Shown one piece after another: positions 1 through 12,819 of a DNA stretch of 64,000 nt. The position numbers were made by a program, and so were the translations under genes. The stretch comes from Neocallimastix sp. 'constans' (Eukaryota): the NCBI GenBank assembly GCA_050613775.1, contig JBODTK010000131.1:186001-250000 (forward strand), written 5' to 3'. Below the pieces are notes generated by a model, which was not told the DNA's origin, did no database searches, and saw only the letters and a program-made list of their open reading frames with translations. The stretch's first letter is position 1; every line of letters begins with the position of its first letter.

Positions 1-1164
1 AGGAAGAAATATACATGGAGCCTCCAAAGGGATATCCTGATCACAAGAAATATATCTGAAAAATAAAAGAAAGCCATATATGGTTTAAGGCAAAGCGGAA
101 TGGAATGGAACAATGAATTAAATGGACACCTACTAAATATAGGCTTCAGAAGACTGACTTGTGAACTATAGATATTCTTTACAATAGATAAACATAACAT
201 GATTACATGTCTCATAGCTGTTTATGTGAATGATATACTAATTGCAGGTAACAAAGCAAAGATAGATCAAATCAAAAAGATGATAAAAAATAAATTCGAA
301 ATAAAAGAAATTGGTGAAATCAATTTCATAATAGGAATAAAATTTGTAAAACATAAAGGAGGTTATTTTTTAAATCAAGAAAGTTACGCCAACGATATAT
401 TTACCAAATATGGATTGTCAAGTGCTACCCCTATTCGAAACATAACATCAATTGAAAACTTAGAATTAAGAAAGAAGAAAATGAATGAAACTACCTATAG
501 AAGCACAGTTGGAAGCTTATTATACTTAGGTATCTGTACTAGGCCAGATATTTTATATGCAGTGTCTAAAGCGGCATAAAAATCAAAAGAACCCAACTTG
601 GAAGAATGGAAAAACTTTAAACGAACACTAAAATATTTAAAAGGAACAATAAAATATTGTATTAACGCATCATGAAATTCCAATATTAAAGCTTTCGTAG
701 ATGCGGACTATGCTGGGGACATAAAAACAAGAAGATCGACTACAGGATTCGTAATTACAATATGAGATTCACCTACTAGTTGGTACTCAAAACTACAGTA
801 TTGTGTATCCATTTCCACAGTTGAAGCTTAATAATATAGTCTTAGTGAATGTGGCAAACACTGTATAGCGTACATAAACTTATTAAAGGAATTAAAATCC
901 AATATTAGTGGTATTGAAGTCAACATAGACAATAAAGCTGCAATCTATAATGCAAAAAACCAATCGATTAATCCAAGAACAAAACATATTGATATAAGAT
1001 TGCACTACGTAAGAGAACTAGTAAAGGATAATAAAATAATATTAAAATACGTAAAATCTCAATACAATTTAGAGGATGGGTTTACAAAATATCTAAATGG
1101 TACTTCCATGGATAAATTTAGAAATTCTTTATTAACACGGCCAAAGGACTTAGAAATTTATTAA
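1..1164 (+). pseudogene. Decayed Ty1/copia pol 3' end (RT and RNase H), cut by the window start
   Basis: ORF 199-579 has AVYVNDILIAG (degenerate YVDD) and YRSTVGSLLYLGICTRPDI. Downstream DNA encodes FVDADYAGD..TRRSTTG and RTKHIDIRLHYVRE. In-frame stops are present. Confidence 0.92.
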
Positions 1165-1232
1165 CTTAAATATTTTATATAAAAAAAAAAATCAATTATA
1201 ACTTTAAAGACTAAAATATAATTGTGGGAGAA

Positions 1233-1536
1233 TGTTAGAGACAAAATTGTTATATACATTTATTTATATTATTAACTTATCTCAACCAATAATTAATCTC
1301 TAAGTAAATTAAATAATGTTAACTAAGATATAAAATATGCAATAAATTTAATGTAAAATTATCTATTTGAAAATATATCTTTACAATAAAATAATCTTAA
1401 TAAACATTTTATAATATTACTTATAACATGAAGTATTTTGTTATATTGTTTTTCGTAATTTATTGTTTTTCTTAGTTTTATAAGATTTATTTTTCTCACA
1501 TAAAATAAATTAAAAATAAATTAAAATGTATTAACA
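1233..1536 (+). mobile_element. Probable 3' LTR of the decayed copia at 1-1164
   Basis: A purine tract (GGGAGAA) immediately precedes TGTTAG at 1233; candidate end TTAACA at 1536. The partner LTR lies outside the window. Confidence 0.55.
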
Positions 1537-1619
1537 TAGATTTATGTTATGCAAAACGTGGAAAATTATAATATATAAATAAATGAATAAAATAGATAAA
1601 TAAATGGGTAGTTCATAAT

Positions 1620-2205
1620 TATTAATTGTTTAATTTTATTATTTATTATTTAATAATTTGTTATTCAATTATTTATTTATTTAATATTTATTATTATTTA
1701 ATATTTATTATTACTTATTACTTATTATTTGTTTATTATTTATTCATTTATTTATTATTTATTATTTATTCATTTATTTATTATTTATTCATTTATTTAT
1801 TATTAATTATTTTTTATTTATTATTTATTTAGTATTCATTTATTTATTATTAATTATTTTTTATTTATTATTTATTTAGTATTCAATTATTTATTATTCA
1901 ATTATATATTATTTATTATTCAATTATATATTATTTATTATTCAATTATTTATTATTTATTTATTAATTATTTATTATTCAATTATTTATTATTTATTTA
2001 TTAATTATTTATTATTCAATTATTTATTATTTATTTATTAATTATTTATTATTCAATTATATATTATTTATTTATTAATTATTTATTATTCAATTATTTA
2101 TTATTCAATTATTTATTATTTATTATTTATTTATTTATTTTTTTATTATTTATTTATTTATTTATTATTCAATTATTTATTATTTATCATTTATTATTTA
2201 TTATT
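1620..2205. repeat. Low-complexity (TTAT/TTA)n and ATTCAATTATTT simple-repeat tract
   Basis: Direct reading of the sequence. Confidence 0.85.
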
Positions 2206-3595
2206 ATCTATTCTCAGAGGTTCTTTGTAAAGTGAATATGAAGCAAATAATATTAAAATAGTTGGTGATACAAAAGAGTAATGAAAACAGAACGAATAAG
2301 AGAAATATTTGGAATAATAGAAAACTTTATATGAATAATTTTCAATATCTAAATATACTATAACAATAAATAAAACAATTAAATTAATCTTTAAATTATT
2401 TCTTAATAATTATATAATGTTTATAATTATTAATACTATTATTAATGTTCATTTTATCATTATTGAAGTATACTCCATTTTTAGTCTTATTAAGTTATTA
2501 TTATTAAATATAATAAAATATATTAATATTTATAATATATAAATTATTTTAATATTAAATTAGATTTGATTTAAATAAATATTTAAAGATTACTGAATAG
2601 ATATAAATAAATAATTTATCAAATAAATAAAAAAAAAAAAAAATTTATTAAGGTCCAAATTATTTATATTAATAATTTTACCGTTTATTGATAATGGATG
2701 CTGATTTGTAACAGACATAGAATAGATTTAATCTATTATAAAAAAAAAAAATAAAAAGGCTTCTACTTATTTATAATATATTAAAATATATTTTAATTCA
2801 ATTAATATATTATAGATTCATTATATTATATGTTAAATTTAATTAAAAGATCAAATTTTAAAAAAAATTATTTTTAACTTTTTTTTCTTTTTTTCTTTTT
2901 TTTTTTTTTTTTTTCTTCTTTTTATTAATCATTAAAAATCTTTTTAAATATCGGAATTTTTAAAAAAAAGGGTAAGGAAATTCAAATACAAATATAAAAG
3001 ACACGTGATATATATATTTAGTATATTATTAAATAAACTAGTATAGCTAATATATTAATTAAACAATATAGTTGCATATATATACTAATATGAACAATAA
3101 TAGCATAGTTTAGATATTTGAATCAATATAAACGATATATGATTATATATATATATTTAATAAACAACTATGCTGATTTAATTATTGCACTATTATATTT
3201 TTATATTATTGATTCAAATATCAAATAACATATAAATAACATAATATTTTATAAATAAAATAATATTAATATTTTTATTTTTAAAATAAAATAATAATAT
3301 TTATAGTTTTTTTTTTTTTTTTTTTTTATTATAATATTTAACTTTGTATATAAATAATATTTATTAATATAATTTCTTTTAATCTACTTTGCAAAAAAAA
3401 AAATTCAGAATAAAAAAAAAAAAAATTACACTTTCTTTTTCTCATTAGAAAAATTCTCATGAATTTAAAAATTGTTAATATTAAAACAAAAAAAAAAATA
3501 AAACTTTAGTATAATTTTATTTTATAAATAGAATTTACTTTTAAGGAATATATACTTTATTTTTTTTTTTTAGAATAATAAAATTTTAATATATT

Positions 3596-3781
3596 AAATA
3601 ATTGAAATAAATAATTGAAATAAATAATTGAAATAAATAATTGAAATAAATAATTGAAATAAATAATTGAAATAAATAATTGAAATAAATAATTGAAATA
3701 AATAATTGAAATAAATAATTGAAATAAATAATTGAAATAAATAATTGAAATAAATAATTGAAATAAATAATTGAAATAAAT
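3596..3781. repeat. Perfect 13-bp minisatellite (ATTGAAATAAATA), about 14 copies
   Basis: Direct reading; it explains the spurious periodic ORF 3557-3796. Confidence 0.95.
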
Positions 3782-3818
3782 GATAGAAATAAACATTTAA
3801 TTATTTATAAATAAAAAA

Positions 3819-4042
3819 TTCCAATGATATGGACTGTTTTTCCAGGTCCAAGAGGGTTGATGGAAAAGAAATAGCCTATATTAGATGTACCGATTACAGC
3901 TTTCTGTGATTCTGATGATAATCGATGGTTATCCTTTCTAAAGTGGCTTCTGATGTTTTATATTGTTTTAAACTGGATATGTAGTAACATTGGAGTTGTA
4001 TAATTAATAATATCATGTAGTTTCTACATATTATCATTGTAA
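3819..4042 (+). mobile_element. 5' UTR fragment of the LINE family found at 41312-44846
   Basis: TTCCAATGATATGGACTGTTTTTCCAGGTCCA...TTATCATTGTAA aligns with about 41311-41586, with a ~50-bp internal deletion. Confidence 0.85.
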
Positions 4043-4050
4043 AAATTTTA

Positions 4051-4129
4051 TTTGATTAGCTAGAATTGCTAACTGTTTATAGATACGTTACATAACCAAA
4101 AGACTATCATTGGATAGGCATTAAGTTAC
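4051..4129 (-). mobile_element. Fragment of the gypsy-associated LTR family (cf. 7227-7780)
   Basis: TTTGATTAGCT...GATAGGCATTAAGTTAC resembles about 7687-7765. Confidence 0.7.
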
Positions 4130-4159
4130 ATCTTTTACATCACGAACCACAAGATGCAC

Positions 4160-5340
4160 ATCCGCAATGCATTACGTTTAATTTCTCAGAAAATTTCAAC
4201 AGAATAATTGACCTCTCCTCTGAAAGCTACCAGAGCTGGAGGACAAACATCTTGTATCTCTTAATGATAAATAATATTGAGAAATATATCATAAATGAAA
4301 AGGTAAAAAGGAAAAAGTAAGAAAAAGGAACATCAGAGATAATTTGAACAATTACTTGGAAGATAGATTCAATCCTAACCTTGTTTATTACCACGATCCT
4401 TTACTCATTGACATCAAAAAAAAAAAAAAAAAAAAAAAAACGATGTCAGGTTAAAATAGATTATTATTAATGGTCTAGGCGAAAATATCAGGAAAATTAT
4501 CGAAGGTCATGGAAAAAACAGCTCACCAAATCTGGAAGGTACTGGAAAAAAAGTCTTTTACTGCTATTCCTGAGAAAAGAAAATTAGAGAGAAAAAAAAA
4601 AAATTCTCTAAAATACAACAAAGAAGAGAACATTAATATCTTTATTGCAAAGCTATAGAATGCTCTTAGATGAACTAGAGAACAAAGATTACGAAGTAAA
4701 TGACACAGTCAAAGCAGGTCACTATCTGAAAATCTCAGATTTATTAATATCTTTCAATATAAAAGACTCTGTGACTAGGGGTTACTCGGATGTTGTTCCG
4801 GACATTATTTTCTCTAATACAAAGAAAACAACAAAGTTGGATGATAATAGATTGTCCACAATTGAATCTAAGGAAGATAAATGGAATACAAATCAATAAA
4901 CAAATGTAACAAAAAGAAGAAAGAACCGTAAATGTTTCAAATGATGCTCATTTGGATATTTCTCTCATGAATGCAGGAATAAAAACTTCTACATCAATAA
5001 ATAAGAGTTACAAAAATAAATAAAGTTATACAAGTAAAATTAATAGAACCAAAAGATTCCATCGTAAATAATTTAGGAAACAAAATCATCAATTAAATTC
5101 TGTTCAAAAAAAAGTCCATAAGTAATAATATTTATAAAAAATAGTTCATTTAATAAGGATTAGAGTTCAAAAGATGGAATAGTTTTAAATTGCCTTTTCA
5201 GGTAATGGACTTGGTAGGTCCATTATCTGAATCCATACACGGAAATAAATATTTCTTTATCATCTTGGATGATTACTATAGATACGAATAGTGCTCTTCC
5301 TTAAAGGAAAAGAATATACAAATTCCACCTTTTATAAATG
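4160..5340 (+). pseudogene. Decayed Ty1/copia gag plus integrase-core fragment
   Basis: Translates to copia gag-like SSESYQSWRTNILYLLMINNIEKYI, and at about 5205-5280 to integrase-like MDLVGPLSESIHGNKYFFIILDDY. Many stops, frameshifts and deletions. Confidence 0.75.
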
Positions 5341-5369
5341 GTTCATTAATATTTAAAAATTTATATAAT

Positions 5370-6420
5370 ACTACGTCCTCCATCGCGCTTTTTGTAAGTA
5401 TAGGCGGCGTGGGTTAGTAATAAGTGTTGTATCTAGCGTCTTTTGTATCTATAAGTAATAGGAAGGGTTAACTTGTTGAAGCATGAGTATTATGCTTTTG
5501 AGTTTCCAAAGCTAACTTTCCCGGACGCTCGGTCTCATGCTGTTGAGTCTAGTTAACAACCATTAACTTTTCAATCTATTCTTCAAGCTCCTTACGATAT
5601 AGCCTTTCCTGCTCATGGTTTGTATCCAAGAATTCTTCAATCTTGTGTATCTTTTGACCTTTATCCTCTAGGTCTTGTTAGAATTGTTTTTTTTTTATTT
5701 TATCTGGTCGTCCTCTTCCAGATAAGTTTCAGTCTTTTTGATTTCAATATTACCAGCGACTTCTTTTGCTTTACCTTCAACTATCTGCTGATGCAAGAAT
5801 TCTTCAAAGTTTCGAAACTCCGCTACACTAGCTTGACTACTTAATCTTCTCTCCATCCACCTTTCACTCAACCTCACTAAACCGTTGGTCTACGGCTGGG
5901 ATGAAGCTTCAAAGTTAGGTTCTCAATCTTACCAAATATATCCTCACTTTGGGTCTTCATTTGCATTTGTTCTAGCCTTGATATCCTTTGTTGCTGAGTA
6001 CTCATCAGCATGTTCCTAAATTCCTCCATTGACTTCTTCATTAAGGCAAGCAAAGTCCATAACTCCAGCACCACTGTTCTTCTTGCTCGAACTCTCTCTC
6101 TCTCCTTGGATAGCTTCGGGCTTACTAAGCTTCGGGCTTACTAACTTTAGGTTTACTAGCCTCAGGTTTATTGGCTTCAGACGCCACGCAGCAGCTGGTT
6201 TTAAAATTTTTTTAATGCTATACTGGATTCTCAGGGGCACTGGGTCTGGTAGTTTTCTTTTCTTAGTCTCCTGTATTCTGATGTTTGAGCTAGAGGAGTT
6301 TCCAACAGGCGTAGGACTGTTATCTGCAGCCACAATTCCGACCGAACTTTTCAGTGTACCACTCCTTGTGGTTTTTCTCGTGTTTTCGGGTGCCTTGGTA
6401 CTCTTGTTCTTTTTATCCAT
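5370..6420 (-). pseudogene. Disrupted gag-like ORF of an LTR (probably gypsy) element downstream of LTR 7227-7780
   Basis: Relatively GC-rich, coding-like minus-strand ORFs 6016-6420, 5877-6074 and 5695-5877 in staggered frames; they lie about 800 bp inside an LTR of the same family as the one flanking the gypsy pol at 9790-12052. Confidence 0.55.
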
Positions 6421-6948
6421 TTACTTTTCTTATTAATTTATTTAGTAATTATGGATATATTCACTCACTTTTAATTTATTTAAAAAATTATAATTCGTTC
6501 ACTTACTTAAATTTATTTAGTTGATATATATGTTCACTTAATTTTTTTTTTTTTTTTTTAAGTATGACTAATAAAAATAATAAAAGAAATAAAAAATAAA
6601 AAAATAAAAAATTTTTTTTAGAGAAATTACATGTATAAAAATTTAATAATGTAAATAAATAATTATTTTAAAAATTTTTCTTGCGTTTCCCCATTCACTA
6701 CAAATATAAATTTGTATAAAAAATGACCCCCTATCAAGCAAAAGCGGATTTTATTTTGGTAAAGTAGGAAATTTTTATTAATTAAAAATCGATACTACCA
6801 AAAAAAAAAAAATTTTTTTAAATTTTTAATTTCAAATAATGATTTATAATTAAATTATTAATAAATAAAATAATGGATATGCGAAATTTTTAAAAAAATG
6901 AAATTTTTAAAATTTTTGATCAAAATTTTATTTTAAAGCCGAAAAATT

Positions 6949-6984
<36 letters not shown>

Positions 6985-7226
6985 GAATATTTTATCACTA
7001 TATAATATGGTTTAAAATTTTTAACAAAAAATTTTTCTAACTAAAAGTAAACAAAGAAAAATAAACAACTTTTAACCTAATATTAAAAGTTCTAAAAAAA
7101 AAATTATTATTTTTATTTTATTAGACTGTACTATCTTATTAATTAAATGATTACTTAGTATTTGTTTTTTTTTTTTTTTTTTTAAATTTTCTATTATCAG
7201 TTCATCTAATTATATACTGTTACTAT

Positions 7227-7780
7227 TGTTAAAAGGTTAAGTTTAATGTAACCAATATGATGAATAATAGACTTAACAAAAACTAAAATAATTTAACACC
7301 TCTTTATTCGAGTTGTTAAAAGAAAAACTAAATTAACTAAAAACTTTTAATACTATACACCTAAGAATATAGCGCATCACTTTATATAACTTTATTCGTT
7401 ATTAGTTACTAGGCTTATACTTAGTTGTTATTATTTATTTTTAATAATTAATTTTATTTACTTAATATTAGTATTTATTTAACAATTTATGTTAATAGTA
7501 ATGTTAATACTGTTGTAAGTACAATTATTTTTATACATGTAAATAAATGAATGATGGGTAAATTATTTAATTTAACGTGATTTACTAATCATTTAATAAA
7601 ACTATATTTAACTATGTAACTAAGAATAAGATAAATTATAATATACGAAATAAAATTTAATGTAGGAAATTAAGTAATGATTTGATTTGATTAGCTTGAA
7701 ATTGTTAACTGTTTATTGATACGTTTCGTAACCAAGAGACTGTCATTAGATAGGCATTATGTTACTATGTATCTGTTACA
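7227..7780 (-). mobile_element. LTR (about 554 bp) of a gypsy-like element
   Basis: TG...CA termini (TGTTA...TTACA); colinear similarity with 12238-12819 (AAAAGGTTAAGTTTA, ACACCTCT..TATTCGA, GGCTTA.ACT.AGT, TGTATCT.TTA.A). Confidence 0.75.
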
Positions 7781-7818
7781 GTATAAAAATATAAAAATAT
7801 AAAAATATAATTTTAATT

Positions 7819-8420
7819 TGTTAAAAATGTACATTTAATAATTTTTTATACAATTTGAATTGGTTTATTTTTTATAAAAATTTATGAAATTTTTATAACT
7901 CTTAATCAATCATTGTTAATAGTAAATTTATATAAATATTTTAATAATAAACAAAGTTGATACAACGAAAACAAAGGATCTATCTATTCAATTTGTTATT
8001 AGATTAAGAATCACATTTTGAAATGACTAAAACTGATTATTACTCTTCCCAAAAATGATCGGCTTGACTCAAAAAATTTTGAGTTCTGGTAATGTAAGAT
8101 ACGTAAGTAAGGAATAGTCTTAGAGGAAAAAAGAAAAAAGAAAAAATAGAAACCAGACAGGATGAATATTGATTTACATTGGAAAATCTAAATCTCCGGG
8201 TCATAATAATAAAGAAATCTCGTATATGAATAATAGTAAAGCATCCAATTTTAAATCAAGTTTTTTGTCCTATATATGAAGAATATGGGCATACGACATT
8301 AGCAATTTCAATTTTAATTTGAAGTATCAAAAAAAAAATCAAAAGTAATTATAAAAGTAATGAATTCTAAGAAAAACAAGAAGAAACATCAATCTAGTAA
8401 TAAAGAGTTTCAATAGAAGT
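7819..8420 (+). mobile_element. Decayed copia 5' end: LTR remnant, Lys-half-tRNA-type PBS and gag fragment
   Basis: AGATTAAGAATCA at 8001-8013, then LPKNDRLDSKNFEFW (cf. LAKDQRLRGVSNFATW of the intact copia gag) and a degenerate zinc knuckle CPIYEEYGHTT. The left boundary is uncertain. Confidence 0.6.
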
Positions 8421-8669
8421 AATGAATTGGTGATGAATACCACTAGGTGGTTTATAGGAATCAATAATAAATAAAACAAGGATAGAATTTATTTAAAAAG
8501 TAAGATCATCCACTTATTTTAATTATAATACTTTATTTAAGAAGTATTGTTTGATTTATTTATTTATGATTTATATTATATTATTTTATTATTAATTGGT
8601 GGTTTTAACATTGACTCAAAGAGTCAAATAAAAAATAATAAATGACTTTTTTTTTTTTTTTGGTAAATC

Positions 8670-8980
8670 GAATTTGTAGGACACTGGATTTCTTTTGCTA
8701 ATGACTATGAAAGGGCCAAGTTTTCTAGGTTTGAGTTTTTTTATTACCATTTTTTGATTATAAGCGAACTATTGATCCAAAATTTTTTATTTTATTTTTA
8801 TTTTTTTTTTTTTTTTTGAATTCAGGTGATTCCATTCAATGGATGATAGTATATTTTTATTTCTTAATTACTAATTTATTATTATCTTTAAGTTCTTTTG
8901 CGAGTTCATCTAAGATGTTAACAAGTTCTTCGGCTAAGGGAATTTCAACACTGTTATGAAATCTAGTTGTACCTCTTTAT
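8670..8980 (-). pseudogene. Gypsy integrase C-terminal remnant
   Basis: The reverse strand encodes LKPRKLGPFIVISK, the GPF/GPY motif typical of gypsy integrases. Confidence 0.55.
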
Positions 8981-9789
8981 GTCTTTCATCCTTTGGTGTT
9001 GTACACATCTATTACAAAAAGATGTGATCATTCCAATCACATTTTAAATTAAAAATTCTTTGATTTATAATAATAAATAAAATAGGCAAATCATATGAAC
9101 TAAATTTTTGAATTATATTCTTTAAGCCAGAATACAAATTTTTTTGTCGTAACAATTTTCGTAAAAAATTAATTCTTGAAAAATTATTGTTTTACAACGA
9201 TTTAAATCAACTGAATAAAGTTTAGAACAAAATAAATTAATAATTTATTTTGTGAAAATTAAATTTCAAAACTTAATTATGACTCTTTTAGCATTGTTTT
9301 TAAATTGAAAATAAATAAAGACTTTACTTGTACTATTAAAATAATAAATAGATAATAAATGTACTTAATTTAAATTATTTAGTATTTAGTTAAATTAATC
9401 ATTATATTTCTCTAAATTTACCTATAGTTTATAAATTTATTATTTAATAAAATTGATTAGGATAGGTTTATAATAGAATATATGTAATTTAAATAAAATA
9501 ATATATTATCAATGTATTTAGGAAAAATATAAATAGAAGATACTTTTCACTTTTCTTTTTTTTCGATGTAATTGTTATTTTTTATTCTTTATATTTTAAA
9601 AAGAAGAATTCATAAACGAATTATAAAAAACAAATTTAACAAACTATATTTTATTTTCTTCTTATGTGTTTAAGTTTCTCATTTGTTATTGTAAATCTGT
9701 TTTCAATTTTGTTTTACAACATCCTATAAGTTTTAACCTAGCCTGAAATATTTTTTTTCATCTTTAGACAATAGAAAATTTCTAGTCAC

Positions 9790-12052
9790 TAAAGTCTGTC
9801 GCTTTTTATCGATTCCTAAGGGGCTTGTAAACTTATTGTTGTCTATGCAGTTGGTAGGTAAAGCTAAGAAACTAGTTTCCCCAATCAACTTCATTGAATC
9901 CCACCCATCTGGTCTCGTTTTAAGAAACTCTCTTTGTCAAAGGTCTTTACCCTCTGCCTTCTCAGTTTCGACGTTTGAGAGGGCATCAGCTTTACCCATT
10001 CTTCTTCCCAGGTTTACTCAATCTTGCAAAATTAATAAGTGATGAGAACAATTCTTGCCATCTGATTGTCCTAGGAGTCCGTAACTATGGTTCTGTAGCG
10101 AACAGTAGATTCCTGTGGTCGCTATATACTTATACTTATAATTTTATGCTTCGCACCTTGATGAAAGTGTCGACATTCTGTTAACGCAATCTTAATGGCT
10201 AACAATTCTTTCTCCATAATGGAATAATTCGCTTCCGCTTTGTTGAGGGCTTTCGAGTAGTCGTGGATTGGAGGAAGGGTCAGGTCATCTCCTTTTTTTT
10301 TTTTTTTTTTTTTTTTACTGATAATACTCCTCCGATGGGGTAATTCTAGCATCACATTCGATGAAGAATGGCTTGTCGTATGGTTAGAGTAAGCTAACAA
10401 TGGTGAGGGGGGAGGTAAGCATTTCCTTAAGAACCCAGCTAGACCTTCCTCATTCTATTCGAACTTTTCTTTTTTTTTTTTTTGAGGTCATTTTAAATAA
10501 TCGTTTTTTTTTTTTTTCCTATTTCTGAAAAGTTCTTAATAAAGTTTTTGTAGTAATTGCAAACGCCTAAGAAGTTTTGCATTGGTTTTAATATTCTCTG
10601 GCTGTTGGGCCATTCTGCAACGGCTTTAATCTTTTCTGGGTCAGTTTCAACAGCCACCATTGCCGACCACATGTCCCAAAAAGGATATTATAAACTTATG
10701 TAGATCACAATTCGACTTTTTGGCTCACAAGTATATGTTCAATTAATTTTTATTTTTTAATACGGCTTAAATAAGCGGTACATGTTCCTCTAAAGTTTTA
10801 GAATGTACTACTCTATCATCTTAGGTAGACTTGACGGTACTTCCCAGATATACTCACTGAAGATCTCATTCACGAAACTTGTGAATACTTCGGGTAAATT
10901 AATTAGTCCAAAAAGACATTACTTCATGCTCAAAAATGTCAGAATTTGGTGTTAAAAGACTCTTCTTAGAATCATCATCACCTTCTCGTATTTGCAGTAG
11001 AATGTAGGCAGATTTTTGGTTAAATTTAGAGAAGACTGCAGCTCTTTTCATTGCCTCCAAAAAAATTTCACTAATTCTTGGAAGGAGATCGATTAAATTT
11101 CTATAATTCATTCATAGTAGTAACTCGAATGAATGACTTTTTGTGGAGAACGAACTATATATTATTCTTTTCTTTAGGTCTTGTTTTAAATTTCTTTCTC
11201 TTTTTTTTTTTTTTTCGACTAGTCTTCTCCCTCTCTTTCCAACCTTTCTCTTTCTCTCTCTCAACCTCACCAAAAAAAAACAATGGGGTTCACGTCCACC
11301 GCTGAAAGGATCGTTGTTTAAGCTCCGTCTCTCAGCCTCCATCGTTGTTGAACCCGAACCTTACGACTTTCGCTCTGAATTTTTTTACCATAGCTTTCGA
11401 AAAACCTTTTGATGTCATTTTTTGTTGATGGATTAGCTACAAAAAAAAAAAAAAAAAAAAAAAGCAAGCCTCCTATTCATAAAATTCTTCCTTCTCTGTT
11501 TTTATATATAATATATATACAGGTCAAGGTAGTAAAAAAAAAAAAAAAGCAAAAAAAAAAAAAAAACAGAAAAAAATTTATGGCTTCATCACCACCACTA
11601 CCATCATGATTATTACTGGAACTCTCAACCACCCATGAGTAGTTTTTTTTGGGGGGTTACTGGCCACACTGTAAAATGGGATTTATGTTCAATCATTTAA
11701 TATACAAAAATAAAATAAAATTAAATAATTTAATTAATTAAACTATTAAAACTATTTAAAACTATTTAAATCTATTTAAAGCTATTGATTCTTATCTTTA
11801 CAAGGCACGGGGGCAGCAAACCGGTTTTATCAGGAGCGGGGAAGAGTTTTGGTTTAATTTTCTTAACTCCCTTTGCTTTTGTTTTGACGGTCTTAACTGG
11901 AGGTCGGTGTTTCTAGTGGTTCTACAAGGTGAAGTGTAGTGTAAGTGACTACTTTTTTTTTTTCCTTTAATTCCAATGCTTCCCTTAATTAATTGAGCTT
12001 TTCTGTAGGAGGAAGGGGAAAAACCAATTCTTGTGGTTTTTTCTGATAGCAT
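9790..12052 (-). pseudogene. Decayed Ty3/gypsy gag-pol (RT and RNase H remnants)
   Basis: ORF 10899-11111 reads NYRNL..LPRISEI...AAVFSKFNQKSAYILLQIREGD (gypsy RT). ORF 10122-10400 reads YSKALNKAEANYSIMEKELLAIKIAL (gypsy RNase H). Many homopolymer-associated disruptions. Confidence 0.88.
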
Positions 12053-12237
12053 CTTGGTCTCAAAATAATTTAATTTTTTTTTAATTTAATTTAAATAATA
12101 AATTATAATTAAATTGGTTTTACAAAAAAAAAATTTCGTTTTGGATATTATAAAAAATTTCAAAAATTTAAACTATTACTTAGCATTGGTTTATTACTTT
12201 ATTTACTATCGGTTATTTAGTTATAGAGTGTTGTTAT

Positions 12238-12819
12238 TGTAAAAAGGTTAAGTTTACTCTAAACTAAAATAGTGAACAACAAATAAAAACAAAGACTAAG
12301 ATAATTTAAAACACCTCTCCCTATTCGAATTATACTAAGAAAAAGTTTTATTTTTCTTTAAGGAATAATAAAAATTCTACCCTTAAATAATATAATACAA
12401 CACACTATTTACTCTATCCGTTAATAGGAGGACTGGCTTACACTAAGTATTTATAATTTATTATTATTTTAATTATTTATTTTTATTTCATAATAAAATA
12501 TTTTTTTATTAATACAAATTAGGTTAATAGAAATGCTAGTATATTTCAGAATCAACTACATGGTTTATTTATACATGATAATATATTTAATGAATAGATC
12601 CATGTTTAGTTTATATAAGATTTCTAATCAATTAATTTAAAAACTATCTCACTAAAGAAAATAAATTTAACTTATATAGAAATTAATAATAAAATATAAT
12701 AAAAATAAAGATACAATTTAACATACAAAAATAAACAAAGATTTTAAATGATTAACTGGAAATCACTAACAGTTTATAGATACATTGGATAACCATCCTA
12801 TTACCATGTATCTATTATA
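12238..12819 (-). mobile_element. 5' LTR of the gypsy element at 9790-12052
   Basis: Diverged homologue of 7227-7780; starts TGTAAAAAGGTTAAG and ends TATCTATTATA on the plus strand. Confidence 0.7.

Noticed and set aside
7200..12240. Tf1-like self-priming PBS next to the gypsy LTRs
   Set aside because: No TGG PBS is evident, but I found only loose, unconvincing complementarity within these diverged LTRs.
7227..12819. The two gypsy LTRs as the paired ends of a single element
   Set aside because: They are quite diverged, each is followed by its own gag-like region, and no PPT or TSD could be identified. Two separate insertions fit better, although this is not excluded.
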